DNA of 63,991 bases, filler included, from Asterionella formosa (lineage: Eukaryota), in NCBI GenBank assembly GCA_002256025.1. It is 8 parts of 8 records of this genome, joined end to end, with 100 filler letters (N's around TTAATTAATTAA, not from the genome) between each part and the next. Parts side by side here need not be neighbours in the genome. Positions count along the whole stretch, not along the records: positions 48,151 to 56,055 come from NKIB01012364.1; positions 56,156 to 63,991 come from NKIB01012372.1; 6 more parts are not named here. One strand, written 5' to 3'. The number at the start of each line of letters is the position of its first letter. Position 1 is the first letter of the stretch. Below are positions 49,560 to 61,979 of this stretch, piece by piece. A program made the translations under genes and the position numbers. The notes under the pieces were generated by a model. It did no database searches and was not told the DNA's origin. It saw only the letters and a list, made by a program, of their open reading frames with translations.

Positions 49560-52057
49560 CTACTCGGCCGGAGAATTCATAACCTCAAACTTTCGTCGCT
49601 TGCATGATGGTGAGGAAACAAGTCGCGAGGAGTTACTTGCAGTGAGTAGCGAAGCAGTAAAAGTTTCTGAATTGGCAGCCAGGTTGTCCAGTTTAACTCG
49701 AGGGCCGGGTGGGGATTTGAATGGTGTGAAGGAGTGGTCTGCTGGACTGAAATCTAGTTCTCGGCTCCAGAAGGATCCATCCTTGGACCTGGCAGTGGCT
49801 GGAGTCATTCCAATTATAGAAGTGTCGAAAGGACTTGGCGCAGCAATGTCTCTAGTAGAGTCATCAGAGAAGGACTCATCTTGAGTGACCTGTGTAATGT
49901 CCGCAGCGGGGGTATGAGGTTCAGCTTTCATGATCATTGCCTTATCCTCAAAGAATATTGTTCCCCTGGTCTTCGCTTGCAAAACGTCACGACTGTCTTT
50001 AGCGATGCTGGGAGGTGGCATCTTCTTCTTATCATCTGCAAAGGATGCCGACAAATTAAGGAATTTACTTGAATCCCGAAGTGTTGTCTTTGGTCGTCCC
50101 GCCAAAGCGATCTGTGAAACAGGAGATATGGAAACATGACGGATAGTATGAGCATACCTGTCATCGCCATCACCTATTCTGAACCGTATAACAGTTGGAG
50201 TTGATGGTTTTGGTGTTTTGAGCACTGGATCAAGTTGATTTGGTTCGTCATCTCCAAAGAGAGTCTTGCTTAGATCACCATTTCGCATTGCACTTGGAGA
50301 AAAGAGTTGGTTTTCTTCTCCGTTGAAGGGCGTCGACGCAAATGCACGTCTAAGATCAGTCAACGGTGTCATTCCTTTTAAATCCAATTTGGAAGAGGAG
50401 CTGTAGGAGCTACATGGCGAGTCAAACATTGTTTTTCGGCTGCTTTCCAAGTAGCTGGACAGTTCAGAGTCCATTTTGAATGGAGTTTTGAGAGTGCTTC
50501 CAGGCGTCACACTCATCCCAAAGAATGGTGACGAGCCAACATGGTCCTCGTGATTTCTGTTGCTTTTGCCAGGAGAATGGGCAAAATTACTGCCATGTCT
50601 TCCCGCTGTTGGTGGCCCAGAGCGCATTCTACGATTCGACATTAGCTCTCCTTTAGGCTTCATATTCTCCTTGTTGTCATTTGGTTTTCCACGTGGCATC
50701 GCATGCATTGGAATTGGAGGATAATAGGGATGATGCATATACATACTTGCGTGATGATAAGTTGGGTGCATGTGGTGTGGACGCGATTTGGGATGTCCAT
50801 GAGATGGAGAGTCATCGCTAGACGATTTTTCGATTGATGGCCGCCGAGTTTTCTGGCCACTCTTCCCTGTTCGAATTCTCGTTATGCCGTCCTTGCCCCG
50901 AACTGCAGCCAGCACACCGTCAATATCCCCCATGAAATCGAACCTACCATCATCTGTGTATCTTATGTTTATCTCGTCTACCCCTTGCTTCTTGGCCAGG
51001 AATTTTTCAATCTTTCTCCTCATTGATGAGTTCCAGTGATTCTTAATTGCATTGTCGGTTCTGGTTTTAGCAAGGAAATAGGGTCGAATGAGATTTACTG
51101 TTAATAGTTGATGTTCACAACAACGACATTCTGTACATACCTTCCGGGGAGCAGCTTTGCGATTTCAGCCCATCGATTACCGAGGGTGGTGTGCGCTTCA
51201 AGTATCGCTCGGTCTTCTTCCAGTTTCCAAGCTTCTTTGCAAATGTCCGGATTTAAATGGTTGTGCCACCTTTCCCGGCACTGCTTTCCAATTCTACCCG
51301 GCAGATTCGAGGCAATCAAGGACCATTTTTTGGCCCCGTATTTCTTGACCAATTCCATAACCTTACGGTCTTCATCTGTTGTCCATGGCCCCTTGACGAG
51401 TGATGGCTTGAGGACTTTCTGCCACCTGTGCAGACATTGGACTTCTGTTCGATTTGGGAGCCGAATCGAAATGAGTTTCCAGTTCTTGGCTCCGTGCTCG
51501 TCTACAGCCATACGTAGGGCATCGTCCTATTCAGGGAAGAGATTTTCTGAATCAGCACAATATTTGCACAGTTCGGGAATGAAACTAACAAAGAGTAAAC
51601 TCACCTCCTCTTGCGTCCACTTGGTCCCTTGCTTCTTTCCAAACGACTGGGAAGGCTTTCCAGTGACAGTTCCAACAGAAGGAGACGGAGGGTCTTCCTT
51701 CGTTGCAGCCCCCGAGCTAGTGCGGCTATTGCTGCTGTTCTTGTTGTTGATATTACTGCTGCTGCTGTTATTGGACAAAGGATGGATTGGTTTGGGCATG
51801 CTACTCTTGGCTTTCATCGGTTTCTGCAGCGGCGGAGGCGGAGGTCTGGAGTAATGAGGCATCATGTGCATGGGATACATGTGCGGAGGAGGCGGAGGGT
51901 ACTTGGAATAGTACGAGTAGGAAGGAGGGTGTGACATGCCTCGCTGAGGAGGAGGCATTGGCATCAGCATGGGCTGTCGTGAGTGGCCATTGTGGCTCCG
52001 CGGCTGTCCGCCGCTGCTTCGTTGCTTGTGTGAATTGCTTGCTGTCGGCGGCGCCAT
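49560..52057 (-). CDS. MYB3R: R1R2R3-MYB transcription factor (exons 52057-51605, 51526-51141, 51060-49560)
   Basis: KWTQEE|DDAL...NWKLI...QCLHRWQKVLKPSLVKGPWT...GRIGKQCRERWHNHLNP...GNRWAEIAKLLPGR|TDNAIKNHWNSSM; many S/T-P sites in the C-terminus. Confidence 0.93.
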
Positions 52058-52524
52058 GGAAACTGATTCTACGGGAAGTTTCGAATTGAAAAATCAGAAT
52101 CAAATCAGAATATGTTCTCTTCCGTTCGTTATTCAATCAACGCTCCAGACAAATCAACGGCTCTTGCTTGACCTTTCCTTGATGTGACAGCAGCAGCAGC
52201 AGTAGACGCAGGTAGCTATTCACAAATGGGAAGTCAATGAGGTCGGAGGAGCAACGAGATCAACAAAGGCGGTATCCAACAGCACATTTAGAAACAGCAA
52301 ATGATGTGAGAGGAATCAAACAAGGGAGTCAACGGTAAAATACGCTCTCACTATCATTAGGTAACAGTAAAGTGTCCTTCGGTTTGGATAGGATGGATTC
52401 AAACTTTAAATTTGAATCTATCATCAAATATATACAAGTCTGAATATATTGGAATGATTCATCGTTGGTGTACGTGTGACGTGGTATGATGGCTGCATCG
52501 ATTATTCTGGTGATAATTCTTTAC

Positions 52525-52595
52525 ACCGGTACCTCGTATCAGGTACCTGTACCTGTACCTGGTACCAAGTACCTGGTACCTGGTACCTGGTACTG
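52525..52595. repeat. (GGTACCT)n array upstream of MYB3R
   Basis: GGTACCTGTACCTGTACCTGGTACCAAGTACCTGGTACCTGGTACCTGGTAC. Confidence 0.9.
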
Positions 52596-52699
52596 TATCA
52601 TAAATCAACGCAGTGGTGTGTCGTGCCAGGGAAATACTGAAAATATGTACAAATGTGTTGTACTGTTGATTGCATACATACTTACTGTCCTCCTGGTCA

Positions 52700-55600
52700 G
52701 CAGCAGATACCCTATAGTGGATATAGAATACCGGTAGTCGAGCACGTACATACAAATTGGCATATCACATACAAGATAGGCAGTGTTTCCAAAAGTATCA
52801 TTGACAAGCAAAATTGAAGTGAATAGCTCCAAATCTGCTTTATCTCCCGTACTAGTAGGCATCGATTTAGAAATTATTGACGAATAGAGCATTGCCGGCA
52901 TTGGTCTTGGCAGAGTTGGTGATGAGTGAGATGGGTTTGACCTGCTTTGTACGCACATCTCCAACCATGCTGTGGTCATTGCAGAGGTGGAGTGTGTGAG
53001 GCAAGTGGAGAGAGGAAGACCAAAAGCAAAGGGCAGTGACCCCTTTCATCAGTTGGAACGGAAATTTGATTGTGATAGGCGGTAGAGACATCGGTTATGA
53101 GGGTGTGGGTTAGGTGGGCTGCTTGCTGGGCTGTGATGGTGGCACCAGCAGCCATGGTGGATGAAGTCATTGCAGGATCTCCATCATTGTGCCAGCCATG
53201 GAGTGGGTTTGAATAATTTTGATACAATTACTACTAGAAGCACCATCTGGTTGGATCATCATAGGGTTTGTCTGGGAAATGTTGATAATTCTATATGGTC
53301 ATGGCCTGGCACCAGCGGGTGAGTGTGATGTGGCCCCTAAGAAGCAAGTAAATGGTTCCAACCGATAGAAGATTGTTGAATAAATGCAGTTTAGGCAGAA
53401 AATTGGAGTGCGTCGGAAGGGGGAGGCGGAGGAAAGGGCCAGAGGCAGGGGTGGAATGTCTCCTCACTCCGGGAGTGAGGAGACATTCCACCCTGGGGCC
53501 CAGGACTGAAGTCCATGAGTGCTGAGGATGGCTAAGGGAATGTGGGGTCGTGGTGGTGTCTGAATTGTGGTTTGAAGTGTCATGGCAAGAAGCAATAGGT
53601 GTCCATTGCGAATCTCTGAAGATGACAGCTGCTGGGCAGCAGAGTACATGATCATGAGTTTCTAGGGAAGGGTTGCAATGAGTGAGGACATAATGGTGAG
53701 TGTAAGTGACCCCTTCTGGCTGTGTAGGGTATAATTTGTTGGCCATTGGCCATTATGTAATTTGAACAAGGCAAGTTTCATGCCATTAGAGAGATGTTTG
53801 TACTAAGCGCTGGAAGAGGAGAGTCAATCGATAGAGTCTGAATCAGCAGAAGTCCAACCATCTTTAGACTCAAAGTAAGCATATTCTTGCTTAGTAGGTT
53901 TTTAGTAAGAAGTTAGTGAAGTCGTGACCAGATTGGAGGAAACTGGGCGACCTGCTATCAGAAGGGTAGCAGGCGGGACTAAAGGCGAGAGAACATGAGC
54001 AAGTGGCTGGGAGAGGGGGCACGCTGATGATATGCTAGATGGGTGAGACCATCTGCCTGAATATTGAGTTTGGCTGGCAGGGTATAGTAAGATAATTAAA
54101 GAAGGGTTTGTCGTCATCTTGGTGATTCTTGACATGGATGGCGGTGATGTGAACGGGTAGAGAGGAGGCAAGAAGGACCACCATTAGAAGAGCTGAAGAT
54201 GTCAAATCCCAGTCTGGTCGAAGAGAGCGGCGAATAGAGTGGTGATGTTGGGTGCGTGTTTAGTTGAGCATCCGAAAGGTGCCAATGCCGGCTGCAATCA
54301 TCATCAGCCATGACATTGGCAGTGCCTGCGATGTGGGAGAGGGTACTGTGGTAGAATTGGTAGTAGTGGCGCTGGTGGAGGGCTTGCAGTCAGAGGAGGA
54401 AGGCGGCCTGGACATTGGTGGAAATGGAACCCTGCTTGGACCAGTAGAGTGTCAGGTATGTATTATGTATAAAATAGAAGAATGCAGAATACCTGATACC
54501 ACTAGCATTCATCATTCAATATCGAGGAATGGCATACTGGTATAGCAACAACAGTAGCTAGTCAAGATGTGTCCAGCAATGACGTTGATGAAGTGCTTCG
54601 TTGTTATTGGGGAGTTTCTAATAATCCCCATATATTTCCTTACCGGCATTCTTTCCTGACCAGCCGACGGAATAAGTCATTCCTGTCATTCCAACAAGTG
54701 AAGAACATCGATGTTGTGTGGTCTCTGCGTCTAAATCTACACAGGTAATTGACAACAACGATAAAGTTTGAAATGAAGATCGCCAGGTTTGTGTAGCTGG
54801 TAGATCTTGTTTCTATCTCCACAGAGTCTATTGATTCCGATTTGCTTGATATTAAGCAGTCATCCCGTTCCAAAGCAAAAGAGAAAGGTACAGCAAAGGA
54901 AAATCCAGATATCATGTTACAAATCTGGAGATGAGCAATTCACGATAGCTTTCCAAAGAATTACAAAATTATTAGGGTAACTGATAGGAAAGTAAATGAA
55001 CAGGTCGAGGCATCAACCTCCTTTTTTCTAGTAAGGATGTGGATGTATTGAAAGGTTTCGAAAACCGCTAAGAAACAAAGAAACACATCAGTTAATTAAG
55101 TGGTGGAAAAGTCTGTGCGGGGAAAGGTTAATGTTGCTGTTTCGGCATATGGTGTGGAATTGGAACAGTTGAATAATCCCCTTTATATTGTTTCACCATC
55201 ATTTTGTTGAGTGGAATCCATGTCCTGTGGTTCATTCTTCGTGAATTGCCAAGTATTTGATTCAGCCTTCTATATTGTTTTGATCCAAGATATGATGGCA
55301 TAGTTGAAGTATGTGATCCTGAACATGGAGTGTGTTTGAAAAGTCATTCGAAATGCATTCACAAGATTGCACATAAATACCGAATTTGCCCAGGGTTTGA
55401 TGTCAATAAAGAAATTATACCATCAAAAAATGTGGTCAAGTTGAACACAGAGTTCGACAAATGGAAATTAGTCAGGAAGAAGGCTAGATCACTATGTCGC
55501 AAAAGTTTTTTGAAAACATTGGGTGAGAAACCAAGGATCCGAGATTACGCTGATGGCAAACTTTAGTTTAAGATTGCTGGTGGTGGATGTCATTTACCAA

Positions 55601-56055
55601 CCAACCAAGGATGGCAGTTGGTCATGTGGTACCTTTAGGATTGTGAAGTTTATGGAATAATAACTTCAGTTACACCAGCACAGTGGAGAAACGGTGTTTA
55701 CGGGGAAACTGAGGCATGGTTAACGATTGATGGTTGGGATACATTCTTGGGAATGAAATTTAATGCAAATAATGGAATTTGATGGTCATTTCCTGACGAT
55801 ACCACAGATTTCGGAACTGAAGATGCGGTTATGGAATATGTTTGAAAAAAATCGTGGGTTCGTGGGTTAACAAAGTTGCAGCAATGGAGTTTAATCCTAA
55901 TTTTGAGTTATCTCCGATGTTACTAAGTGATACCAAGCAAGCTGACATATCTTAGTGAAATGCTTCAACATAGCTTAAAATCATTCCATTGGCATGATCA
56001 TGAAGAGCGAAAACAAGAAAATTGACAAAGAATTTGAACGTGCTTTGGTTAGTAT
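52700..56055 (-). mobile_element. Decayed LINE (RNase H plus CCHC finger), internally deleted
   Basis: Minus-strand HVKNHQDDDKPF (about 54100-54140), CNPSLETHDHVLCCP and QQSSIGWNHL. The upstream part (54600-56055) is assigned by position only. Confidence 0.65.
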
Positions 56056-56155
56056 NNNNNNNNNNNNNNNNNNNNNNNNNNNNNNNNNNNNNNNNNNNNT
56101 TAATTAATTAANNNNNNNNNNNNNNNNNNNNNNNNNNNNNNNNNNNNNNNNNNNN

Positions 56156-57590
56156 ATTGATGCACCAAGCGTCACAAGTACAGAACCTGATGCTCTACAA
56201 GCTCTTGTAGCCAATATTGATTTCGATAATTTCAAGGGAAAGATGGGAATTGCTCGTATCACCAACGGGGTCATCCGGAAGGGTCAGGCTGTGGCCCTGG
56301 TTCATCCCGAAAAGCCATCGAGAACTGGCCGTGTTGTAAGTTTTGTGCCCTTCTTCTTTCGTCGTTGGTTTATCCTCAATTTTTGCTGATTTGTCATTAT
56401 GAATGTTCTGTGACAACATTTTAGGGTAGTCTTTTTGTCTTCGACAATCTTGGAAAAAGAGAAGTTGAAAATGCTAGCGCTGGAGAGATTGTCATGTTTG
56501 CTGGTCTCGACAATGTCGAGATTGGATACACCTTGGTGACCAACGAAAACGCCGGCGCTAATGCCGCCTTGCCTCTCGAGCCTATTGCCGTCGAACAACC
56601 TACTGTTCGCATGACTATTGGAGTCAACAAATCACCACTTGCCGGAAGAGAGGGTAAATTTTTAACCAGTCGTATGATCCGGGACCGGCTCTTCAAGGAA
56701 TTGGACCGAAACGTGGCCCTCCGAGTAGAAGAAACGGATTCGGCCGACCAATACATGGTATCGGGACGTGGTCAACTGCATTTGACTGTGCTTATTGAGA
56801 ACATGAGACGAGGTGAGTGTCGCAAGTTTTTTTATTTATTAACATGTGTTAATTATGGGATGATTCACTTCTCACGTGCTTGCTTGTCCAATACAATATA
56901 ACAGAGGGATTTGAATTGGAGGTCGGGCCTCCTACAGTTATTATTAGGACTGACGAGAACGGCAAGAAGTTTGAGCCATGGGAGTCCGTTGAAGTCCGTG
57001 TTCCAGAGGAATATGTTGGTGGAGTTATTGACTTGCTGAACATGCGTAAAGGAGATCTCAAAGATATGGGTTTGGAAGACGGAGATAGTAGCATGAGTAT
57101 TATCAAATACCTAGTTCCTACTCGTGGTATGTTGGGAATTCGTTCTGCCCTTCTGACTGCCACTCGTGGAACTGCAATCATCGATAGCGTCTTTGACGAT
57201 TATAAGCCTATGATTCCCCTGGAAATTCAAGGACGTGACAAGGGATCGCTCTTAGCCTTCTCTGATGGTACCGTCACTTCTTTTGGATGTGAGGGTGCCC
57301 AGGACAGGGGAAAACTTTTCACCAGGTCTGGAGAGGAAGTTTACAAGGGCATGATTGTGGGTATCCACCAACGTCCTGGTGATTTGGAGGTCAACGTGTG
57401 CAAGCTCAAGCAGTTGACAAACATGAGATCAGCTAATAAGGGTATTACCATTGGTATCGTTGCTCCCATCGAAATGTCTTTGGATGCTTGTGTTGAGTAC
57501 TTGGCTCAGGATGAGATTTTGGAGCTTACCCCCACAATGATGCGCATGGCCAAGAATCCAAGCATGGCAAAAGGAAAGGCAAAGAAATAA
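56156..57590 (+). CDS. typA: Ribosome-associated GTPase TypA/BipA, C-terminal part (5' end lost at contig start; two introns)
   Basis: PTVRMTIGVNKSPLAGREGKFLTSR, VSGRGQLHLTVLIENMRR|EGFE, PTRGMLG, GEEVYKGMIVG and KQLTNMRS. Confidence 0.93.
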
Positions 57591-57679
57591 ACCAGTGAAT
57601 GAGGGAATCCACAATTATCCGGAATATTTTAGACACAAACTTACGAATATAAGGCAGGGTACTATATGCATTCCTTTAT

Positions 57680-59731
57680 TTAATTATCTTTCTTAGCTTC
57701 TTCATCTTCTTGCGTCTCTCCTTCCTTCGGTTCAGCCTCTACTCGCGTCACCGTGGCTGAGTCAACAACCTCATGCTCTACTTCAAACTCTTGATCAGCT
57801 CCCAAGAACTCTTGCGACATAACAGAGATGATAAACTTGTATTTCCCAGGCACAGCTGGCGCCATGAGCTGTACCTTGACCTTTCCAGACTTTTGTGCCA
57901 TATTTTGAACAATCATGGGCCATGCGGTCAGTAATCGATTCTCGGGTGCTTCGGATGCAAATTTGTCGATGTCAGCTGGCGCAAATGTCTTGGTGAGTTC
58001 GTTTTCAGGAACTCCCAGTTTTGGGGCTATACTACCACCCAGTTTCTTGGCTCTTACCAAGATCCACCACCCCTCACGGTATGTTTGAAGGGCGATTTGA
58101 GGAGGAATCCCTTGCTGCTGAGCGGCGGCAATCTTGACTTGAGTAAATCGCTCAGCATGTGCACGACTCATTTCCAACGAAAGGACACACAAGTCTTCGG
58201 TGGCAATCTCCTCCTCATCTGGCGTCTCAATCTGCACTTGGCTAATTTCCAATCTAGGAATACCAGCTTCGCCTCCGTACTGTTTTTTCATGACACCATG
58301 GAACCAGTCTATGGTCTTTTTGTCCGTTGGCTTTTCAACTCCGATCTTGAACATACTTACGGTCTCGACAATAGTCTTGGCAAGGCGGTAGGATTGAACT
58401 GTCATGGCAACACGAAGCGCGGCTTCCAACAAGAGACCACATCTCTGGCGGTACTCCATGGTTCCCTTGAAGTAAGTTTGGTCAATTAGTCCCTTTGAAC
58501 TGGCCTCTAGAAGGTCAGGGTGAGAATTGAGCAAGATGGAGTTCAAGCGTCCCATTGTCATGCAAAGATTTCTTCTCACAGCAGGGTGATCCATCGCACT
58601 TAGATTCTTGCCTTTGTATTCAAAAGTCGCATTTTTCAAGAAACGCAGATCTTGCGGCGGCCATCGCTTGCCTTGAGCAAGTGTTGTTTCCACCCACTTT
58701 TGTCCCAAAACCCCTTCATCAATGCCCTCCAACTTGACGGATAACTTGCCAGTTGCCGCAGCCAATTGTTTGGCAGCATCGGCCTTAATCTCTTCTTCCT
58801 TCCTCGCCTTGGCAGCTGCTGCTTTGGCTTCATCATCGTCACCTTCGTCTTCATCCCAAACCCCATCGTCCAAATCGAAGGTATCCTTTTTCTTCAATTC
58901 CTTGGCGGATGCATCTTTCGATTTTACTAGTTTCTCTTGCTTGTATTCTTCCACCTTTTCAATTTGCGCCATTGATAGGACAATGTTCTCTGGAGTTGTT
59001 GCAATGCACAAAAGAACGTCCAAATGAGTCGATTCAGGTCCCAATGTGCTCGACAAATATGCAGCATCGGCACCTGCGACGATGTTGCTCTTTTCAGTTT
59101 CCTTCACCTGCTCCTCCGTCTTTCTGGTCCAATTCACAACGAAGTAAATCAGGGCAGCAAACACGCCTAAATAGAGCACTACTAGGACGACAGCCGTGGT
59201 TCCCTGCGGCTTTAGGAGCCAACTTGGTAAAGCGAAGTGGAAAGTATTCCCTTGGAACTTCCCGTCGGGATGTCCGTACTGTTCATAATTACGCTTTCCT
59301 TCTTCTGTCGTGAGAGCTCGATAGGCATTGTTGATCTTCTGGAATAGTCCTTTATCTCCTCCCTTGTCTGGATGGTGTTGTTTGGACAGCGCGCGATAGG
59401 CTTGCTTGATGACAGTCGCGTTGGACGACTCTGACACGCCCAAAATATCAAATGGATCGAACATACTGAGCTCGTTCTCCCGCATCGCATTATCAATACT
59501 AGCGACGCATTTGGCATACAGGAATACGGAAGCAACGACACTGCCGAGCAAGAAGGGGAACGTCTTGCCCGTCAAGCGGATGGACGGTGGAATGGAAGTG
59601 CCGTTGTTTCTGACAGTCAAGTTCGCGTACACTAAATAAAGCACCCGCGTTCCAAATATGATGCTGTACATGCCTAGTGCTGCCGCTAACGGCATCAAGT
59701 AGAAGGGAACTCCTTCGTCTGTTGACGACAT
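57680..59731 (-). CDS. SEC63: SEC63-like translocon J-domain protein
   Basis: Three TMs around a J-domain (FDPFDILGV...HPDKGGD...NYEQYGHPDG...ALPSWL); C-terminal GWWILV...AP..PGKY...SQEFLGADQ. Confidence 0.85.
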   Translation of the reverse strand: MSSTDEGVPFYLMPLAAALGMYSIIFGTRVLYLVYANLTVRNNGTSIPPSIRLTGKTFPFLLGSVVASVFLYAKCVASIDNAMRENELSMFDPFDILGVSESSNATVIKQAYRALSKQHHPDKGGDKGLFQKINNAYRALTTEEGKRNYEQYGHPDGKFQGNTFHFALPSWLLKPQGTTAVVLVVLYLGVFAALIYFVVNWTRKTEEQVKETEKSNIVAGADAAYLSSTLGPESTHLDVLLCIATTPENIVLSMAQIEKVEEYKQEKLVKSKDASAKELKKKDTFDLDDGVWDEDEGDDDEAKAAAAKARKEEEIKADAAKQLAAATGKLSVKLEGIDEGVLGQKWVETTLAQGKRWPPQDLRFLKNATFEYKGKNLSAMDHPAVRRNLCMTMGRLNSILLNSHPDLLEASSKGLIDQTYFKGTMEYRQRCGLLLEAALRVAMTVQSYRLAKTIVETVSMFKIGVEKPTDKKTIDWFHGVMKKQYGGEAGIPRLEISQVQIETPDEEEIATEDLCVLSLEMSRAHAERFTQVKIAAAQQQGIPPQIALQTYREGWWILVRAKKLGGSIAPKLGVPENELTKTFAPADIDKFASEAPENRLLTAWPMIVQNMAQKSGKVKVQLMAPAVPGKYKFIISVMSQEFLGADQEFEVEHEVVDSATVTRVEAEPKEGETQEDEEAKKDN

Positions 59732-60024
59732 GGCCAGATGCAATTGTGGCTTTGTGTTTTAATGAATACCAGTCTTTGGAATTTTTGATCACCCTGATAC
59801 CTGGTGTGTGCCATTTTATTATAAACTTAATTAGCCATCATCTGCCGTATGATACATCAAACATCAAGCAAACGACTGAACTATTAACACTATTATAAAA
59901 ACCGGCAACAAATAATGAAATAGGTATGTTTTCTGGTCGCTACAGCATTATTGAATAGACATAATCTACGAGGAAGGCTTCCACCTGGAAGGTCCGATAA
60001 ATTCGACTCCCGTGGTACTTTTAA

Positions 60025-60180
60025 TTACCAGGTACCGACGACCCACCCGGTAGTACGATACCTGGTATGAAAATGTGGGTGCGTGCACCGGAACGGTACC
60101 AGGTACCAGGTACCGTTACCATCCAGGTACCACCGTTACCAGGTACCAGGTACCAAGTTCTCCTACATACCTGGGACATG
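60025..60180. repeat. (TACCAGG)n array between divergent SEC63 and SerRS genes
   Basis: GGTACCAGGTACCAGGTACC and TACCAGGTACCAGGTACCAAG. Confidence 0.9.
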
Positions 60181-60458
60181 GTGTACAGAAATTTCTAGTA
60201 TCTGCTTGTTTCCACTTCCGGTATGTAGTATCGCAGGCACAAAAACTTGTAAGAGTCTGAACATGATCCAATCTGCTGCCTACAAAATATGTCATCGCTA
60301 CCGTACATAGCGAATTGGGTGGACGCCTTGCTCGGGCAGCCGCTGCTAATAATAACTGTTATCGAGTACCCGGTTCTCTCCTCATTATTGAACCCAGGGT
60401 TGCGTCTCCACCATTGTACTGCCATCATACTGCTCCATTTCCTCGCATTACCACAAGC

Positions 60459-61901
60459 ATGCCTATCGACATCAACGAACTCCGTGATTACAAGGGCGGC
60501 GACCCAGAAAAGTACCGCAACTACATGCGCCAGCGCAACAAACCTCCTGAATGGGTGGATGATGTCCTCCGAGAGGATGAAGTCTGGCGGGCTTTGACGC
60601 AAAAGCAGTCAGACATGCGAAGAGACGTCAACAAGCTGCAAAAGGAAATCATTGGTCCCAAGATGAAGGCGAAGGAGCCGTGTGACGATGAAGTGGCCCA
60701 AATGAAGGCCATTCAACAAGAAATCAAGGAGATGGATGTTGAACTTCCAGAGATCGCCAAGAGGAGAGATCAACTTCTCAACAAGATTGGCAACATGGTG
60801 GATCCTGAAGTTCCTATTAGTAACGATGAAGACAAGGACAATGTTGTGGTTTCCTTGTTTCCAGAGCCGCCAGAAGCGGCTGGAAAGGAAACCTTTCTCC
60901 CTTGCCCCATAGGATCTCTAGAATACACCTTTCCCGAGATCAAGGCCAGAACACACGATGATTTGCTATGGCGCATTGGAGGATATGAACCTACTCGTGG
61001 TCAGGGAGTTGCTGGTCATCGAGCTTACTTCTTGACAAATGCTGGCGTCTTGCTCAACCAAGCTCTGATCAACTATGGAATCGCCTTTCTGATGGCACGT
61101 GGATACAATATCTTGCAGCCGCCCTTTTTTATGAACAAGGAAGTCATGGCCGGCATTGCTCAACTAGAGGACTTTGATGAGCAGCTATACAAGGTTTCGG
61201 GAAAGACGGATGATCCAGACAATGCCTCGGAAAAGTACTTGATCGCCACTTCAGAACAGCCCATCTGTGCTTACCACAGAAACGAGTGGATGGAAGAAAA
61301 GTCATTGCCTCTGCGGTATGCTGGAATCAGCACGTGCTTCCGAAAGGAAGCTGGCTCTAGTGGAAAGGATATCCGTGGCATCTTTCGTGTACATCAATTC
61401 GAAAAGATTGAACAGTTCTGCTTGACCGTCGACGACTTTGAGACATCCCAAGCGGAACAGCAGCGCATGTTGACGGCCGCGAAGGAATTTTACGAGTCCT
61501 TGGACTTTCCCTACCGCGTCGTTTGCATTGTGAGTGGTGCTCTCAATGACGCCGCTGTCAAGAAGTATGATTTGGAAGGATGGTTCCCTGGACAACAAAC
61601 ATACCGTGAGTTGGTCTCGTGCAGCAACTGTACGGACTATCAAGCACGAGGAGTCGGAACGCGATGCGGACAATCCAAGAAGGACAAAAGCGATTTGACT
61701 GCACGTAACAGCTATGTCCATATGCTCAACAGCACATTGTGTGCTACTGGTCGTGGCATTTGCTGCTTGTTGGAGAACTATCAAACAGAGGAGGGTGTCA
61801 GGATTCCTGAAGTATTGCAGAAGTACATGGGAGGCATAGATTTTTTGCCTTTCATCCGTGATTCTATGGAAGCCACCAAGGGTGAAAAGAAGAAGAAGTG
61901 A
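60459..61901 (+). CDS. SARS1: Cytosolic seryl-tRNA synthetase
   Basis: MPIDINELR.YKGGDP start, YLIATSEQP, CFRKEAGS, GIFRVHQFEKIEQF, ELVSCSNCTDYQ and HMLNSTLCA. Confidence 0.96.
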   Translation: MPIDINELRDYKGGDPEKYRNYMRQRNKPPEWVDDVLREDEVWRALTQKQSDMRRDVNKLQKEIIGPKMKAKEPCDDEVAQMKAIQQEIKEMDVELPEIAKRRDQLLNKIGNMVDPEVPISNDEDKDNVVVSLFPEPPEAAGKETFLPCPIGSLEYTFPEIKARTHDDLLWRIGGYEPTRGQGVAGHRAYFLTNAGVLLNQALINYGIAFLMARGYNILQPPFFMNKEVMAGIAQLEDFDEQLYKVSGKTDDPDNASEKYLIATSEQPICAYHRNEWMEEKSLPLRYAGISTCFRKEAGSSGKDIRGIFRVHQFEKIEQFCLTVDDFETSQAEQQRMLTAAKEFYESLDFPYRVVCIVSGALNDAAVKKYDLEGWFPGQQTYRELVSCSNCTDYQARGVGTRCGQSKKDKSDLTARNSYVHMLNSTLCATGRGICCLLENYQTEEGVRIPEVLQKYMGGIDFLPFIRDSMEATKGEKKKK

Positions 61902-61979
61902 TCGCACTCCAATTGTAGTTGAATTGACAATAGAGTAAGGAATTAAAGAACCTATTTGATTTCGAAAGCTCCACCATAT

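Noticed and set aside
61302..61907. 201-aa antisense ORF over SerRS (and similar shadow ORFs over other genes)
   Set aside because: It has no recognisable motifs and is an expected by-product of codon usage on the opposite strand.
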